Origin: Psammoneis japonica
Taxonomy: Eukaryota
Direction of reading: 5' to 3'
DNA length: 64,000 bases
NCBI GenBank assembly: GCA_008632985.1
Contig: QPGO01000012.1
Coordinates: 744,001 to 808,000 of the forward strand
The translations under genes and the position numbers were made by a program. Of the stretch, positions 47,036-59,129 are shown one piece after another. Numbering within the stretch: position 1 is the first letter of the stretch; each line of letters starts with the position of its first letter. Under the pieces are notes generated by a model. That model had not been told where the DNA came from. It did no database searches and saw nothing but the letters and a program-made list of their open reading frames with translations.

Positions 47036-49834
47036 TTAACTTTGCCAGTCTCCCCGCTTGTTTGTCATGATCTTTAGGATACGATTGCTTTTGCCAATCA
47101 ACTCGCTTTTGGGAATCAACTTTGGTTTCTCTCCAATCCGTCCAGCTCCCTCTGCCCTGACAAACTCTCCACTCAAAGCACCGATTCTCTTTAGCGACAA
47201 AAAGACGTCTTCTACAGTCGAGCCTGGTTTGAGGACCATTACATCCCTGAGTACATCGGCTTTGATATCTGCATGGTGGTTGCTATTGACGCAGTACATA
47301 TCCCGCGCATCATCCCACAGCGAAGGTGCGCTTCCACCCGCACTCTGTAGGCACGAAATCATTGACGGACTCGGAAGGGAAGCATCACCAGTTGCGTACT
47401 GTATCATGCCAGGGAGTGAGGCATATGTTGTCATGTCTGCAACTGGAAAGGCCAGTACAGGTTCTCGCAGTGAAATAGCAGATTGAAGGCATTGCCACAC
47501 TCCGGTTGGAATCGTGCCATCATTTGCCTCCGAGCTCCTCTTTTCCAGATGATGCCTAACAAAGCTCATTTCTTGACGAGCACAAAGCGGGACTGCGACA
47601 TGGGCTCCGTGGATTGGGAGTGCTTCTCGAACATCCTTCACGTATGCCGCAGCAGAGGGTAAATCGCTCTTGTTCAAAGCCAAGGCCATGGGAAACCGAA
47701 CTCCTAAAAAGGTGCTTACCAACCGATGGACATCACCCTCATCCCATTCCTCTAGATGATCCAAGGCATGGTCTCTATGTTCTTTTTGATCAAGATATTT
47801 TTCTACGCTGAGTAGGATATCCCAGAGAACTGCTTGGTTTTGACCATAGCCGCTAAACATGCCTTCCAATTTTGTTCGACCACGTCTCGAAATTGTATCC
47901 CACTTGAAGAGCAAATTCGAAAATACCCATTGAATAAGTTCATCTCCAATCCACGCTAAATCGTTCAGTGGATGCGATCCAGCACCTTTGACACCTGGCG
48001 AATCACCATTGTCAATGCTGCTATTTTCCGTGCATCCGACAGTGTTGCCTTCCGTATCAGCGGTACCACTGGCATCCACAACGTGAATAAGCACATCGGC
48101 ATCCGTCAAGTCATTCAGAAACTTGTTTCCACGACCACGACCTTGATAGGCACCGGGTACCAAGCCTGCCACATCCTTGAGCATAACTGGCAACAATCGC
48201 TGGCCCTTACTATTCCGACCGTGTGTGGATCCAATCTTGATACCCGCCGGAATGTTTTCTTCCTCTTCGGGACAAGAACCTAGTGGCGCCGGAACAAGAC
48301 AGTATCCGACATTGGGATCAATCGTTGTAAATGGATGGGGCGCCATGGTAGCTCCGCCCAAAGAATTATCATTGGAATCGCCTCTTTGCCTAGCAAAGGC
48401 TGTCGCCGCATTGAAAAAGGTGGATTTGCCAGCCGAAGGCTTTCCTACCAAACCAATGCAGTACTTCCATAAACCGCCCTTTCCAATCAATTTGGTATCT
48501 ACCGGTATCTCGTGTTGAGCCTGTCGTGATGATGATGATGATGATGCACTATACAAGAGTGACTTGGCAATCTCGAGTCCCTGCAAATTGCACTCGTGAA
48601 TGCGTTCTGGAGAAGCTGGCTTTAGTATCGAGCTTTTTCGTTCCTCTTTTTCTGCATCGCCTTCGTTCACTACTTCATCTTGCACCTCGGTTTCGACATT
48701 TTCCTGTTCGACCATTGACTCCATGAGACCAGACTCAAAGAATTCTCGAGCAGCATAGACACATGCTAAGACGCTTGGCATGCCCAGTTCCGCTTCAGCA
48801 GCATCACGAATAGCATTCTGAACGGCATCAATTTGAGAGGATGTAAATTCCATCATGTTGTTATCATGAACCAATGATATATTTGCTGCAGTTTCTTCAG
48901 GATAGGTGGGTGGATACTCCACCAAGAGAGAAATGGGATGAGGTGGCCAAACCCCTTCGTCCGATTTTGGAAGATCTATTCGATACGAAATGGGATGCTT
49001 GTATTCCTCTCCCTCCTGTTCCGACAGCAGATGAAACTCGTCTGGAAAGATGGCAATCATAGCTTCTAGCTCATCTTGCTGCACTTGTGCAGTATCTTCT
49101 TCCGGAGGTTCCATTAACTGCGCTGTTGTCTGCACTTCTTCGATTGTTTGTTCAGTTTCGTTCCAAGCTGGCGTCATGATAGATTCGATAAAGTCGACGT
49201 ATGCATCAACATTGGGAGCCTTCATTGGAACAAAATGCTTTCCATTATGCTCATGAATTTGAGGATTTTGATAGTATTTCAAAACGGCTCGGCTCTGATC
49301 TGGCACTATCAAAGCATCGTTGAGTCCCCATACATGCAAACTCGGCATGGATAGAGTCATGTCTGGAACGAGTTTCGGACACTGCGCATGAAAACCATCG
49401 GGTATCGGTGCATCATAGCCTGAAACAAAAATGACATAGCGCATACTGGAAAATTTGCCGGGGTTACAGGCATGACACAATGCCATTAAATGTGCAAGTC
49501 GAGCGCCTTGGGAAAACCCAATGATACCTTCAAAATCATGATCTTTCCAAATATTTTCCACGAGAGCCATGGTCTGTTCTAGTCCTTGATATTCATTGTC
49601 GTTTCGGTCCCACCATTGACGTAGTTGCGCATCTTGAGGATGAACAAACGGTGCATCGGGCGCCACCAATTCAATCGATAATTTTTTCAAGCGTTTGCAG
49701 AGCCTTTCCATACGGCCCAACAACAATTGTCCTGTTTGTCGATTTCCATGCAACAACAAGAGCTTTCGTTGAGAGCAGTGCCCTGAACTTCCACGGTCTT
49801 TTCTATTTTCGCTGCACTTATTCTTCGTGTCCAT
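47036..49834 (-). CDS. FSH1 serine hydrolase - RWD - OBG-family (Ygr210-like) GTPase fusion protein
   Basis: 932-aa ORF: LLLHG..GFSQG..HVWGLND..KHFVP (hydrolase); QQDELEAMIAIFPDEF..YPPTYP (RWD); GKPSAGKST, PFTTIDPN, DVAGLVPGA, NKSD (G1-G4). Confidence 0.9.
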   Translation of the reverse strand: MDTKNKCSENRKDRGSSGHCSQRKLLLLHGNRQTGQLLLGRMERLCKRLKKLSIELVAPDAPFVHPQDAQLRQWWDRNDNEYQGLEQTMALVENIWKDHDFEGIIGFSQGARLAHLMALCHACNPGKFSSMRYVIFVSGYDAPIPDGFHAQCPKLVPDMTLSMPSLHVWGLNDALIVPDQSRAVLKYYQNPQIHEHNGKHFVPMKAPNVDAYVDFIESIMTPAWNETEQTIEEVQTTAQLMEPPEEDTAQVQQDELEAMIAIFPDEFHLLSEQEGEEYKHPISYRIDLPKSDEGVWPPHPISLLVEYPPTYPEETAANISLVHDNNMMEFTSSQIDAVQNAIRDAAEAELGMPSVLACVYAAREFFESGLMESMVEQENVETEVQDEVVNEGDAEKEERKSSILKPASPERIHECNLQGLEIAKSLLYSASSSSSSRQAQHEIPVDTKLIGKGGLWKYCIGLVGKPSAGKSTFFNAATAFARQRGDSNDNSLGGATMAPHPFTTIDPNVGYCLVPAPLGSCPEEEENIPAGIKIGSTHGRNSKGQRLLPVMLKDVAGLVPGAYQGRGRGNKFLNDLTDADVLIHVVDASGTADTEGNTVGCTENSSIDNGDSPGVKGAGSHPLNDLAWIGDELIQWVFSNLLFKWDTISRRGRTKLEGMFSGYGQNQAVLWDILLSVEKYLDQKEHRDHALDHLEEWDEGDVHRLVSTFLGVRFPMALALNKSDLPSAAAYVKDVREALPIHGAHVAVPLCARQEMSFVRHHLEKRSSEANDGTIPTGVWQCLQSAISLREPVLAFPVADMTTYASLPGMIQYATGDASLPSPSMISCLQSAGGSAPSLWDDARDMYCVNSNHHADIKADVLRDVMVLKPGSTVEDVFLSLKRIGALSGEFVRAEGAGRIGEKPKLIPKSELIGKSNRILKIMTNKRGDWQS

Positions 49835-50365
49835 CTCTTGATAGTGACCATGTCATGCCGTTGCGCTATTCACATTACTTCTATACTTGCTCGCTTACTC
49901 ATCCATCATGGGCGGGCGCTGCGTTGCGTGTTCAGTGTTGGTTGTTGGGTCTTCTAGAGTAGGCTTTCACACCCGTCATCCTCCCAAACGAATAAGAAAT
50001 GACGAAGACGGTATCATCTGCAAAAAGATCCGAAAATAATGTCATACGGGGGGTCAGCACTACGGTAAAGTTGATGTTTACGGCACGGGTCATAGAAGAG
50101 TCATCGTAAGTCATAATCTATTTAACGATCTACGACTACTGTAGTCAACGTCATCAAATGAAAGAGTGAGTCGAACAGGTCGGAAAGAACAACGATGCAC
50201 CATTTCTGCTTTCCGCCACATTCTCTGCTCTGCATTCTTTTCCTCCTGTGCTCACTCTATTGAGATTATTACGAGCCTCTCTTCGATCTATATGGATACA
50301 CTTTTTAGCTAGCTGCAGTGGAAGATGTCTTTGTTTGTGCATATTGCTTTCTAGTTATGCGTTTT

Positions 50366-52513
50366 TTATGCCGCAGCCGCACACTCTGGGTGTAGCACAG
50401 AGTATCCGTACAAGTGGCAGTCGGAAAGGCGAAATTCGTCGTCACTGCGACCGGCTCGTCGATTAATCCTCATGGCTTCCGAAAGGGCGCCAACGACACC
50501 GGCTGCATTGCCATTCTGCAAGTAAACGTTCCCGATACTATTCAATGTTTGTGCAATGCTCGCATCGTTCTCTGGCAGGTTGCGCCTTTGAATTCGCAAT
50601 GCTTCTGAAAAGAACGCAAGCGCTTCATTCAACTCACCCCGTTGTTGATAGACCTGTCCAATGTGCTTTAATGTCAACACTACATCGGCATGATCCGAAC
50701 CAAGAGCTGAGCGTTCCACACGGAGTGCTTCCTTGTAGCATTTCATTGCCTCCTCTTCGTCACCCCGCTCTAAATGAATGGTGCCAATGTTGTACATGAT
50801 TATTGCAACCTCACGATGTTCACTTCCCAAGAGCTTTCTGCGAATACGAAGACTCTCCAAGAAGCTCTGCATTGCCATTTCATGCAGTCCGAGTTTGAAC
50901 AAGACCAATCCTATGGAATTGAGTGTTGACGCAACCTCCAGGTTTGTGTCGCCAAACACATCACGCCGTATTTGAAGTGCTTCCTGATAGAGATCCAGCG
51001 CAATGGAATACCGCCGGTTCTGATAATGAATGAGAGCAATGCTTGAAATGGTGATTGCGACATTGGGATGTGACTCTCCCAATGACTGTCGTTGCAAGGC
51101 AAGGGCTTCTTTGTATAGTCGAAGAGCCGAATGGAACTCTCCCCGATGTTTGTAGATTTGTCCAATGTTGCTCAAGGTCACTGTAATGTTTGGATGCAAC
51201 GAGTGCAACACGGATCGTTCCACCTCAAGTCCTTGTTGGTACATGCGAATGGCCGCTTCCAAGTCTCCCATTTCATAGTAAAGGTTCCCCATCTTGTTGA
51301 GAGTCGAAGCAACCTCGGGATGCATGTCTCCCAGAGCTGCCCGACCGGAATGGAGAGCGCTTTCATACAACTCAATAGCCTTGGTGTAGTCTCGTGTCTC
51401 GTGATGGATCTGAGCCATGCACTTGAACATGACAGCAACATCGCGGTGGTTCCTTCCAAGCTTGGGAATAGCGATAGCCATGAATTCGTTGTAGAGTTCC
51501 ATGGCCTTTTCCAGATTTCCCGTTTGATGATGTGTCTGACCGGCATTGTAGACGGTAGCGGCCACATCCAAATGCTTTTCCCCCAAGAGCATTCGTCGAA
51601 TCTGGAGTGCTTCCTTGTAAACCAGCAAGGCCTTGTTGTACTCCCCCGTCATGTAGTGGACTCGCCCCATGTTGTTGAGCGAGGTAGCCACGTCCTTGTG
51701 GTTGCTGGTGAGCAGCTCTCGTTGAATGGCAAGCGCTTGAGAGTAGAGTTCTTTGCACTTTTCCGTATCGGCTTCGGGCAAGTGAAAATACAAAACCCCG
51801 AGACAATTCAGAGTAGCCGCGTGCTCCAAGGACCGTGGGCCGTACGTGAGCCTGGCTACCTCAAGCGCTCTGTGGAAGGTTTGTAGCGCTTCGTCCAAAC
51901 GACCGTTGCGGTATTCGCAGTGGCCAATGTTATGAAGAATGGCCATTGTTAAAATGTCGCTCTTGCGTGATGAGAGAGCTAGTGCTCCGGAGAAAAAGGT
52001 GTGCGCTTGTTCATCATTGTTTGCTTGAAAATGTAGCTTGCCAAAGTTGTAAAGGACAGTAGCTTTCACCTTGTCATAAGACTCCAGACCAACCATATCA
52101 ACACGAGCAAGGTCAGGAAAGGTATTCATGCCCTCGTCGTATTCACTTCGTTGGTACATGTAATCGGCTGCTGCAGAAGAAGAAGTACTTGGTCGTGAAA
52201 CTGGATGAAGCGGCGGTGATGGCGATGGACTGCAAGGACCGTATGGAGTAGGTGATGCTGCTGGGTCCTGCAGCTGCGTCATATTTACAAAGAACGATAA
52301 TCCTCCGCCATTGCTTGCGCGGTCAAGTGCTTGTCGAAAGCAATTCAATGCTTCCATGTGATCACCTGCCTCGAACCGAGCAACAGCGATATTGTTGAGT
52401 GCCGCCACAACCTCCAAATCGCAAGGTTCGCTATTGTTGCTTTCTGTTACGACGACCATTGGTTGCCGTTGTGGATACCCATATCTCATTGTTGCCGACG
52501 TGTCTTGTCTCAT
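50366..52513 (-). CDS. Kinesin-light-chain-like TPR repeat protein (paralog 1)
   Basis: 715-aa ORF with ~42-aa TPR repeats (HxDVAxTLNNxG..Y..AL.I.R..LG). Confidence 0.9.
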   Translation of the reverse strand: MRQDTSATMRYGYPQRQPMVVVTESNNSEPCDLEVVAALNNIAVARFEAGDHMEALNCFRQALDRASNGGGLSFFVNMTQLQDPAASPTPYGPCSPSPSPPLHPVSRPSTSSSAAADYMYQRSEYDEGMNTFPDLARVDMVGLESYDKVKATVLYNFGKLHFQANNDEQAHTFFSGALALSSRKSDILTMAILHNIGHCEYRNGRLDEALQTFHRALEVARLTYGPRSLEHAATLNCLGVLYFHLPEADTEKCKELYSQALAIQRELLTSNHKDVATSLNNMGRVHYMTGEYNKALLVYKEALQIRRMLLGEKHLDVAATVYNAGQTHHQTGNLEKAMELYNEFMAIAIPKLGRNHRDVAVMFKCMAQIHHETRDYTKAIELYESALHSGRAALGDMHPEVASTLNKMGNLYYEMGDLEAAIRMYQQGLEVERSVLHSLHPNITVTLSNIGQIYKHRGEFHSALRLYKEALALQRQSLGESHPNVAITISSIALIHYQNRRYSIALDLYQEALQIRRDVFGDTNLEVASTLNSIGLVLFKLGLHEMAMQSFLESLRIRRKLLGSEHREVAIIMYNIGTIHLERGDEEEAMKCYKEALRVERSALGSDHADVVLTLKHIGQVYQQRGELNEALAFFSEALRIQRRNLPENDASIAQTLNSIGNVYLQNGNAAGVVGALSEAMRINRRAGRSDDEFRLSDCHLYGYSVLHPECAAAA

Positions 52514-53164
52514 GTTTTCATGCGTTGTTCGATTGTCACCGAAAAATCTTGTGAAGACGGTGGCGAATCAGGCCGATCATGTGGGTCCGTTGCGCCTAAT
52601 CGTGAAATTTGAACGCGTATTTCCTTGAGTCAGGCCCATCCGTGACTTGTGCGTAGTCGTTAAATCGCTACTTAGGGGAATCCCACGTGTTAAGAAAATG
52701 TCTTATCCACCACTGAGTCGTACCAAATTTCGTGTAGCTTTTCCCGTAAGGTGGCTGTTTAGGGACTTTCATTGAAATTCTCGATTGGTTTCTAATCGTA
52801 GTTTCCTACCGAAAATTCAGCGAGCGATCGCTCATGACATGCAATACTTAACATTTCGGAGTTTTGTTTGAAGTGTCACTTAACTGAATGACCGTCCAGA
52901 CACACAAAACGTGTCAACGGGTGAAGTTTGTTGCATTTTTCTAGGATTTTTTCTGACTTCGCGGTATTACGGGCAATAGGACGCTGATTCACCTCAGAAA
53001 CTACGATTAAAGTGAGGTGATACGTACAACGAAAACATGTTCTATTGCGCTGAACGAGGATAGCTGTACACTACATAACGAACACATGATGACTCTAAGG
53101 AAGCTGACGTTGACATCCAGTCACGAGTTATGGCCCATCTTCTGGACATCGCCCGTATCGAGTA

Positions 53165-53721
53165 GGCTTATGGGTTTACCGGTAGGGGGGAGCACTTCGC
53201 GATAAAAAGGGGACTCCCCCCGACAAAAAAAGCGGGGCCCAGTTTTTGGAATACGTCATCACACTGCCTGTTAAACCTAGTAGAGGGATTACACCCTACA
53301 GTGTAGGTTAAACCATCATCATGCGATCTATTGCACACATTAAACTACAGTCTGCTCTAGCTGGGCACCTGGACTGGCCTTTTGTTGCATGCAAGAAGGA
53401 GAGAGAGTGTGATCTTGTCTGAGAACACTTGTTTGATTCTCATTGAACAAGTTCCTCAGGAGAGAAAAGACTCATCTGCAGCAGGCGCATCATCCTCCAT
53501 GGCACATTCGTTCAATGGCATCTTCTTGAAATGGATGGTATCTGCCATTGCGGTTCGCTTGCGTGCACTATGTGTACTGCACTGTGCACCATGCGCTCGT
53601 CGTGGTCCGTGCTGCGTGGTGCGTGCGGTACGTAGTACTTGGTACGTCCTAGTGGCTCATAACCCACCTCGCCAGACAAAATAAACTGGGGAGCCCCAGC
53701 TCCCCCCTAAACCCATAAGCC
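53165..53721. mobile_element. MITE with GGCTTATGGGTTTA TIRs flanked by TA
   Basis: GGCTTATGGGTTTA(CCGGTA)GGGGGGAGC at left versus GCTCCCCCCTAAACCCATAAGCC at right; TA on both flanks. Confidence 0.75.
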
Positions 53722-55709
53722 TAGTATCGAGCCTCGAGCCTCGAGTTGGGTTTTGCCGAGTTTTGCGACGTCGGCCGGAGGGCAGAGGGCAGTGAAGGAA
53801 CGTTGCAGTAAGGGTTTTTGTTGAGAGTGAGTGGAGTCGTCCACTCTAGAGCTAGAGTGCTGTGTTGCTACCGCGATGTTGCGAGTGGGACAGGTGCAAG
53901 TTCGATCGGTTATCATGGATGCACAAAGTAAACACTCCGTTCAGCCCGAGACTCCTACTGCAACGCACCCCACGGTTTCGTTCGAAAGAAACAACTAGGA
54001 ATGTTGTGATCCTGACCAAGAGGCACTCAAAGCAGTGCAGCTGACGGTCGCGCTTCGCCTCTGGAACTGCATTGCTTCCAATCTTGATGGTACCCCGCTT
54101 CCTGGTTTTCGGAATCTCTCGGATATCAGTGATTTTTGGTGTTGCTGAGAGGAATAGAACTGCAGTCATTCACAAGAACACAATCGCACCTTTGGAGCAA
54201 TCGCAATTTCACGCCTTTTGATCAGAACAACAATGTGGTTGGAAGTTTCAAAATGGTTACCCCCTGTACGACTGAGCTGGAAAATAATCGAATGACCACG
54301 TGATCCAATCAATTCTATCAGACGTACACAACATGACGGTATGATGTGATGGAGTTGTCGCCTTTTCAGGAGAACTCTTCAAAGTGATCTTGGAGCCACG
54401 ACTGACTTTAACCGACAATACCTGTGGAACTGGTGTATGACTATGTTCATTCGAGAGACGGCGGCAAACTGGTGGCGAATATTGCTTCCTCGCATCGACA
54501 CCTGCCTTGTTGCCTTTTTGCTTTACCGTAACGTGGGATGAGAAGGAGAGGTACAGGCAGAAGTAGAGATTTGTCGTACCGCAGCAGCACCTGACAATAC
54601 ATAGATGCAAAAGTACATGTGAATATAAGGTTTTAACCCATCAACCGAACTAGCAGATACTTCAGCCAAACACTAAGTCTGATTTTGTTGGTGCTACTTT
54701 CTTTGGGTGCCACCCTATCCACCATCAAACACTACAGTAGTTGTAATCTATCTATAGAGAGAATCCGATCAACTCTCCAATACAGAATGATAGTGGTGAT
54801 GCTCATTTTGCACCATTGAGGTGTCGCGCCATGGCATTTTCACGCAGATGAGATTGAGTGCAGCGGTCTTGAAGAAGATGCTAGTAATTTAGACGAGGAT
54901 GTCGATGTGCGGGAGCCCAACCGCGATGCATGCGACTATAAGTAATCGGCAGCAGCGGATGCTGGGGCCGCAAGAGACTGTGCCAAGAAATTGCAAATGG
55001 GAATAGAGAACGGTACTGCTTGTCGCATTAACGAACTTCGAGTTTGTCTGACTTCTGATGGATCAGAAGAAGTATTGCTCAAAAACATTGCTTGTTTGTG
55101 AGGACTAAGGTACAGTTTTCTCCGCAAACCTTGAAATACCAGGTACGGCACCTTGCCCGTAACGGCTTCGTTGACAAAACGCAGGACAGACGGTTGTGAG
55201 ACTACCCCTAATTGAGATAACGCAATGGGTCATTTTTAATTAAAGGTTTACATTTCAAATGTTTATAAGTAGGACCCAGTATAAAAGTTGCGTATTCTAG
55301 ACAATTACTCTTCCGAATGGTTTTCGGTTACGCCAACTCTTGTGAACAAGTACTTTCTTCGTAATTTAATATACTCCTTTGATTTTTGGACAGATAAAGC
55401 AATATTTCTTTACATACAACTTCCATAGTGTATATTGTGTCATCTTTAATCGCTCTCTCATCGAAAAATGTCAATGGTACTTATGCCTACGTAAAGCCCT
55501 ACTAACGCCCTGCCCTTTATCCCGTTTTTGATTTTTCTAGTACCGTTGTGTGACCAAAACCGACCTTCCTTTCCCGTCCCGTCGATAAATATCAATAATC
55601 ATCACAAAGCAATCGGCACGCAACACGCATTACGCCCAAACTAGAGTCACAAACAACGCGCAAGAACGGATATCTCATATTTCATTATCCCTTTCCAAGC
55701 AGCATCAAA

Positions 55710-57791
55710 ATGAGTTTCTCTGTCATTGCAACGTCGGCCCTGAACCCACACTCACAAACGGAGGATGATCCAGTTGCACTGGAACAAGTAGAAGTCGTCG
55801 CAAGGATAAACAATCTCGGTGTTTCATGTCTTGATTCCGATGAAATTGTTGAAGCAGAGCTTTGTTTCAGTCGAGCACTCAAAAAGGCCAATAGCATGAC
55901 TTTCTTCGAAAACCGCCCGAGAAACTTTTCGCAATCGGTCCAGGCGACAGTCCCAAAAGATCTCTACATTTATCAAAGAGGATCATACGACGAGGGCATG
56001 AATGCTTTTTCTAGTGGTATTAGAATCGAGAAAAGATTTGCCGCTGACCTCGACTACCGCACAGTCTCAGCTACCGTGCTTTATAATCTCGGGCAAGTTC
56101 ACATGCGACGAGGTGACAACCGCAAAGCCGCTGAAGTGTTTGCATCGTCGCTGCGAGCTTCTCAATGGAAGGACGCACCAACGAAGCACGAATGTCAAGG
56201 AGTGAGTGTGATTGCCATTTTGCACAACATTGGCCACATTCAATATCAGACTGGACACTATGAAGAGGCGGTTCGAACATTCAGAGAGGCACTTGTAATT
56301 GGACGAAAAGCGTTCCCAGCACAACAACTCGAGGTTGCATCAACCTTGAACTGTCTTGGAGTGCTTCACTTCCATATGCCGAATGGAGACACAGAGGAGG
56401 CCCTGAAGCTGTACACTGAATCTCTGAACATAAAACGGTCTATGATTGGATCCGACGAGAAGGAAATTGCAACTACTCTGAACAACATTGGCCGTATCTA
56501 CTACATGAAATGCGAGTACCAAGAGGCATTGAGAATTTATCGTGAGGCCCTTCAAATCCGACGACGAGTCTTGGGCAACGACCATCTTGATGTTGCCGCA
56601 ACTGTGTACAATACAGGACAGACATATCATCAATTGGGAGACTTTTCAAAAGCAATGATTTTCTACCAAGAGTTTCTCAAGATTGCAAAGACTAGTTTGG
56701 GCGACAAGCATCGAGACGTTGCGATTATGCTCAAGTGTATGGCTCAGATACACCACGAACAGAAGGACTACGAAAAGGCTTTGTGCTTGTATGAAGAAGC
56801 TCTCGCTGTCGGTAGAGCCGCCCTTGGTCACATGCATCCTGAGGTGGCATGTACATTGAACAAGATGGGCAACCTTTTCTACGAGAAGGGAGACTACGAT
56901 GCAGCGATTCGTGTTTACCAAGAAGGTCTGGAAGTGGAGAGGGCCGTCTTGGATTCACTGCACCCCAACATCACTGTCACTTTGACGAACATTGCTCAAA
57001 TATACAAGTTGCGAGGCCAATATCAAGACGCCCTCGAGATCTACAAGGAAGCCGCCAAGGTGCAACAAAAGTCTCTTGGAGATTCTCATCCCAAAACGGC
57101 CGTGACCCTGTCAAGTATCGCCCTCCTTCACTACCAGAACGGCCACTACCGAAAGGCACTTGATGTATACCAGCAGGTGCTTCGGATTCGAAGAGATGCG
57201 TACGGGGATGTTCACGTCGATGTTGCTTCAACTCTGAATTCAATTGGATTGGTTCTGTTCAAAATGGAGTTGCATGCTTTTGCCATGCAGAGCTTTATGG
57301 AAGCCCTTCGCATCCGGCGGCACTTACTGGGAAAGGGCCATCGAGATGTTGCAATCATTCTGTACAACATTGCCACCATCCATCTCGAGACTGGTGACGA
57401 CGAAGAAGCCATGACTTACTATCATCAAGCACTTGCCGTGGAACGTGAAGCGCTGGGACCGGATCACCCCGATGTCATTCTCACATTGCAGCACATGGCG
57501 CAAGTGTACCAACAACGGGGGGAGCTCAACGAAGCGTTAGACTTCTTTTCAGAAGCTCTCAAAATTCAAAAAAAGATCTTTGGTGAGCACGACGTTGCTA
57601 TTGCCGAAACTCTTAATCACATTGGAAACGTCCACATGCAACGAGGAGATACGGTGGCATTGATTGATGTATTTTCTCGAGCACTGAGAATTTATCGAGC
57701 CGCTGGAAAGAACGACGATGCACTTATGATTTCTGGCTATAACTTTTACGGCCTATCGAAACTGCATCCGGAGTGCGCTCCAATCGCATAG
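55710..57791 (+). CDS. Kinesin-light-chain-like TPR repeat protein (paralog 2)
   Basis: 693-aa ORF colinear with paralog 1; shares YxYQRxxYDEGM and the C-terminal LHPECAxxA. Confidence 0.9.
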   Translation: MSFSVIATSALNPHSQTEDDPVALEQVEVVARINNLGVSCLDSDEIVEAELCFSRALKKANSMTFFENRPRNFSQSVQATVPKDLYIYQRGSYDEGMNAFSSGIRIEKRFAADLDYRTVSATVLYNLGQVHMRRGDNRKAAEVFASSLRASQWKDAPTKHECQGVSVIAILHNIGHIQYQTGHYEEAVRTFREALVIGRKAFPAQQLEVASTLNCLGVLHFHMPNGDTEEALKLYTESLNIKRSMIGSDEKEIATTLNNIGRIYYMKCEYQEALRIYREALQIRRRVLGNDHLDVAATVYNTGQTYHQLGDFSKAMIFYQEFLKIAKTSLGDKHRDVAIMLKCMAQIHHEQKDYEKALCLYEEALAVGRAALGHMHPEVACTLNKMGNLFYEKGDYDAAIRVYQEGLEVERAVLDSLHPNITVTLTNIAQIYKLRGQYQDALEIYKEAAKVQQKSLGDSHPKTAVTLSSIALLHYQNGHYRKALDVYQQVLRIRRDAYGDVHVDVASTLNSIGLVLFKMELHAFAMQSFMEALRIRRHLLGKGHRDVAIILYNIATIHLETGDDEEAMTYYHQALAVEREALGPDHPDVILTLQHMAQVYQQRGELNEALDFFSEALKIQKKIFGEHDVAIAETLNHIGNVHMQRGDTVALIDVFSRALRIYRAAGKNDDALMISGYNFYGLSKLHPECAPIA

Positions 57792-57908
57792 AACAATGGA
57801 GCACCCAACTTCCAAAAAGTAGACTCACAACGGAGTTTGTTAAAGCTAAAACGCATAAATTTACAACTGACCTATTACCAGTCAAACTATTTGGAAGTTG
57901 CACTTCTG

Positions 57909-58889
57909 TCACTTACTCCCTGTCGACACCAGGCTTGGATTCTCCCGCAATAGATAACTGATCATACTAGGATCTCCGCTGCTACCAGCCTTGGACATGA
58001 CATGAGCCCAAAGAGTCACGGGAGCATCGGCTTGCCGCAATAGCCGTCGTCCTGACTTGTTTAGTCCAAGATAGAATTCCATTTCATGCACCAATTTTGC
58101 ATCCATTTGTCTGTAGTAAGAAACGCACAAATCTCGTAGGAAAAAGTTCTTGGCCAAACCAATCCGTACAAGTTCGCTGACGGAATTACTGCCTCGTTCA
58201 AAAATGGGATTGCTGTTCAAAAATAAGCTCTCAAGTCCTTGATTCGTTTGCAAAGCGGCACTAAGATCTTTGAGTCCCTCATTACAAATTTGATTCCCTT
58301 CCAGACACAGAACCTTCAGGCTCTTGTTCACTGCCAACCCTTTTGCCAACATCGATACACCGTCGGAGGTGATGTTGTTTCGATTCAAATGCAGAATTCG
58401 GAGATTGCTTTGAGACCTCAATAGGTATTTGAGTATCGGTGGGACCCCACAATCCCCGACACGATTTCGACTGACATTGAGTTCTTTCAAAGTTGTGTTC
58501 CTCTGGATTCCCTCCATGAGATGCTCCATCCCTTCACCGCCAATCTCATTGCCCCACAGAATCAACTCTTCAAGTGCCGTCGTGGACGACGCCAGCATTC
58601 CCGCAAGCGCTCTGGCTCCCTCATCCTGAACACGATTTCCACCGAGATTGATACATGTAATTGAAGAATTGAATTTTAGTTTGGAAGCAAGTACAGTGGC
58701 TCCTTCTGGACCAATGTTGTTCTGTTGCAGGTACAAACACGTCACGTGCGTGTTCTTGACAAGCGCCGATGCCACTCGTTTGATTCCTTCGTTGCCAATT
58801 CTTCGTCCATAGAGATACACCTTGGTCAAGGTAGGATCATTGTCAGCGAGACGTTGGCAAATGCTTTCCAGTGCAGAACACTCCGCCAT
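57909..58889 (-). CDS. RNI-like leucine-rich repeat protein
   Basis: 326-aa ORF with ~28-aa LxxLxLxxNxIGxEG repeats; C-terminal LNKSGRRLL..LWAHV..YLLRENP. Confidence 0.88.
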   Translation of the reverse strand: MAECSALESICQRLADNDPTLTKVYLYGRRIGNEGIKRVASALVKNTHVTCLYLQQNNIGPEGATVLASKLKFNSSITCINLGGNRVQDEGARALAGMLASSTTALEELILWGNEIGGEGMEHLMEGIQRNTTLKELNVSRNRVGDCGVPPILKYLLRSQSNLRILHLNRNNITSDGVSMLAKGLAVNKSLKVLCLEGNQICNEGLKDLSAALQTNQGLESLFLNSNPIFERGSNSVSELVRIGLAKNFFLRDLCVSYYRQMDAKLVHEMEFYLGLNKSGRRLLRQADAPVTLWAHVMSKAGSSGDPSMISYLLRENPSLVSTGSK

Positions 58890-59129
58890 GGTTGAAACTT
58901 GAAACAGAACAATGACAACCCAACGAGCCGTTGCTATTAATACGCTCCGCTGTTAGGTGGAGGCAAAAGTTCTTTTTGAAAAATACGTCATCACTTTTTC
59001 AAAATTCGCCGGTACGCTCGTAGAATCGTACATACGGCTATCGTACCGGTAGTACGTGCTGGTAATACGGTATGGGACCGTATGATGTCAGAAATTCAAT
59101 GTTTGAAGACATTATAGTACTTGGGCTTG

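Noticed and set aside
50366..50383. C-terminal CaaX prenylation motif in the TPR proteins
   Set aside because: Cys is fifth from the end (CAAAA, CAPIA), not fourth
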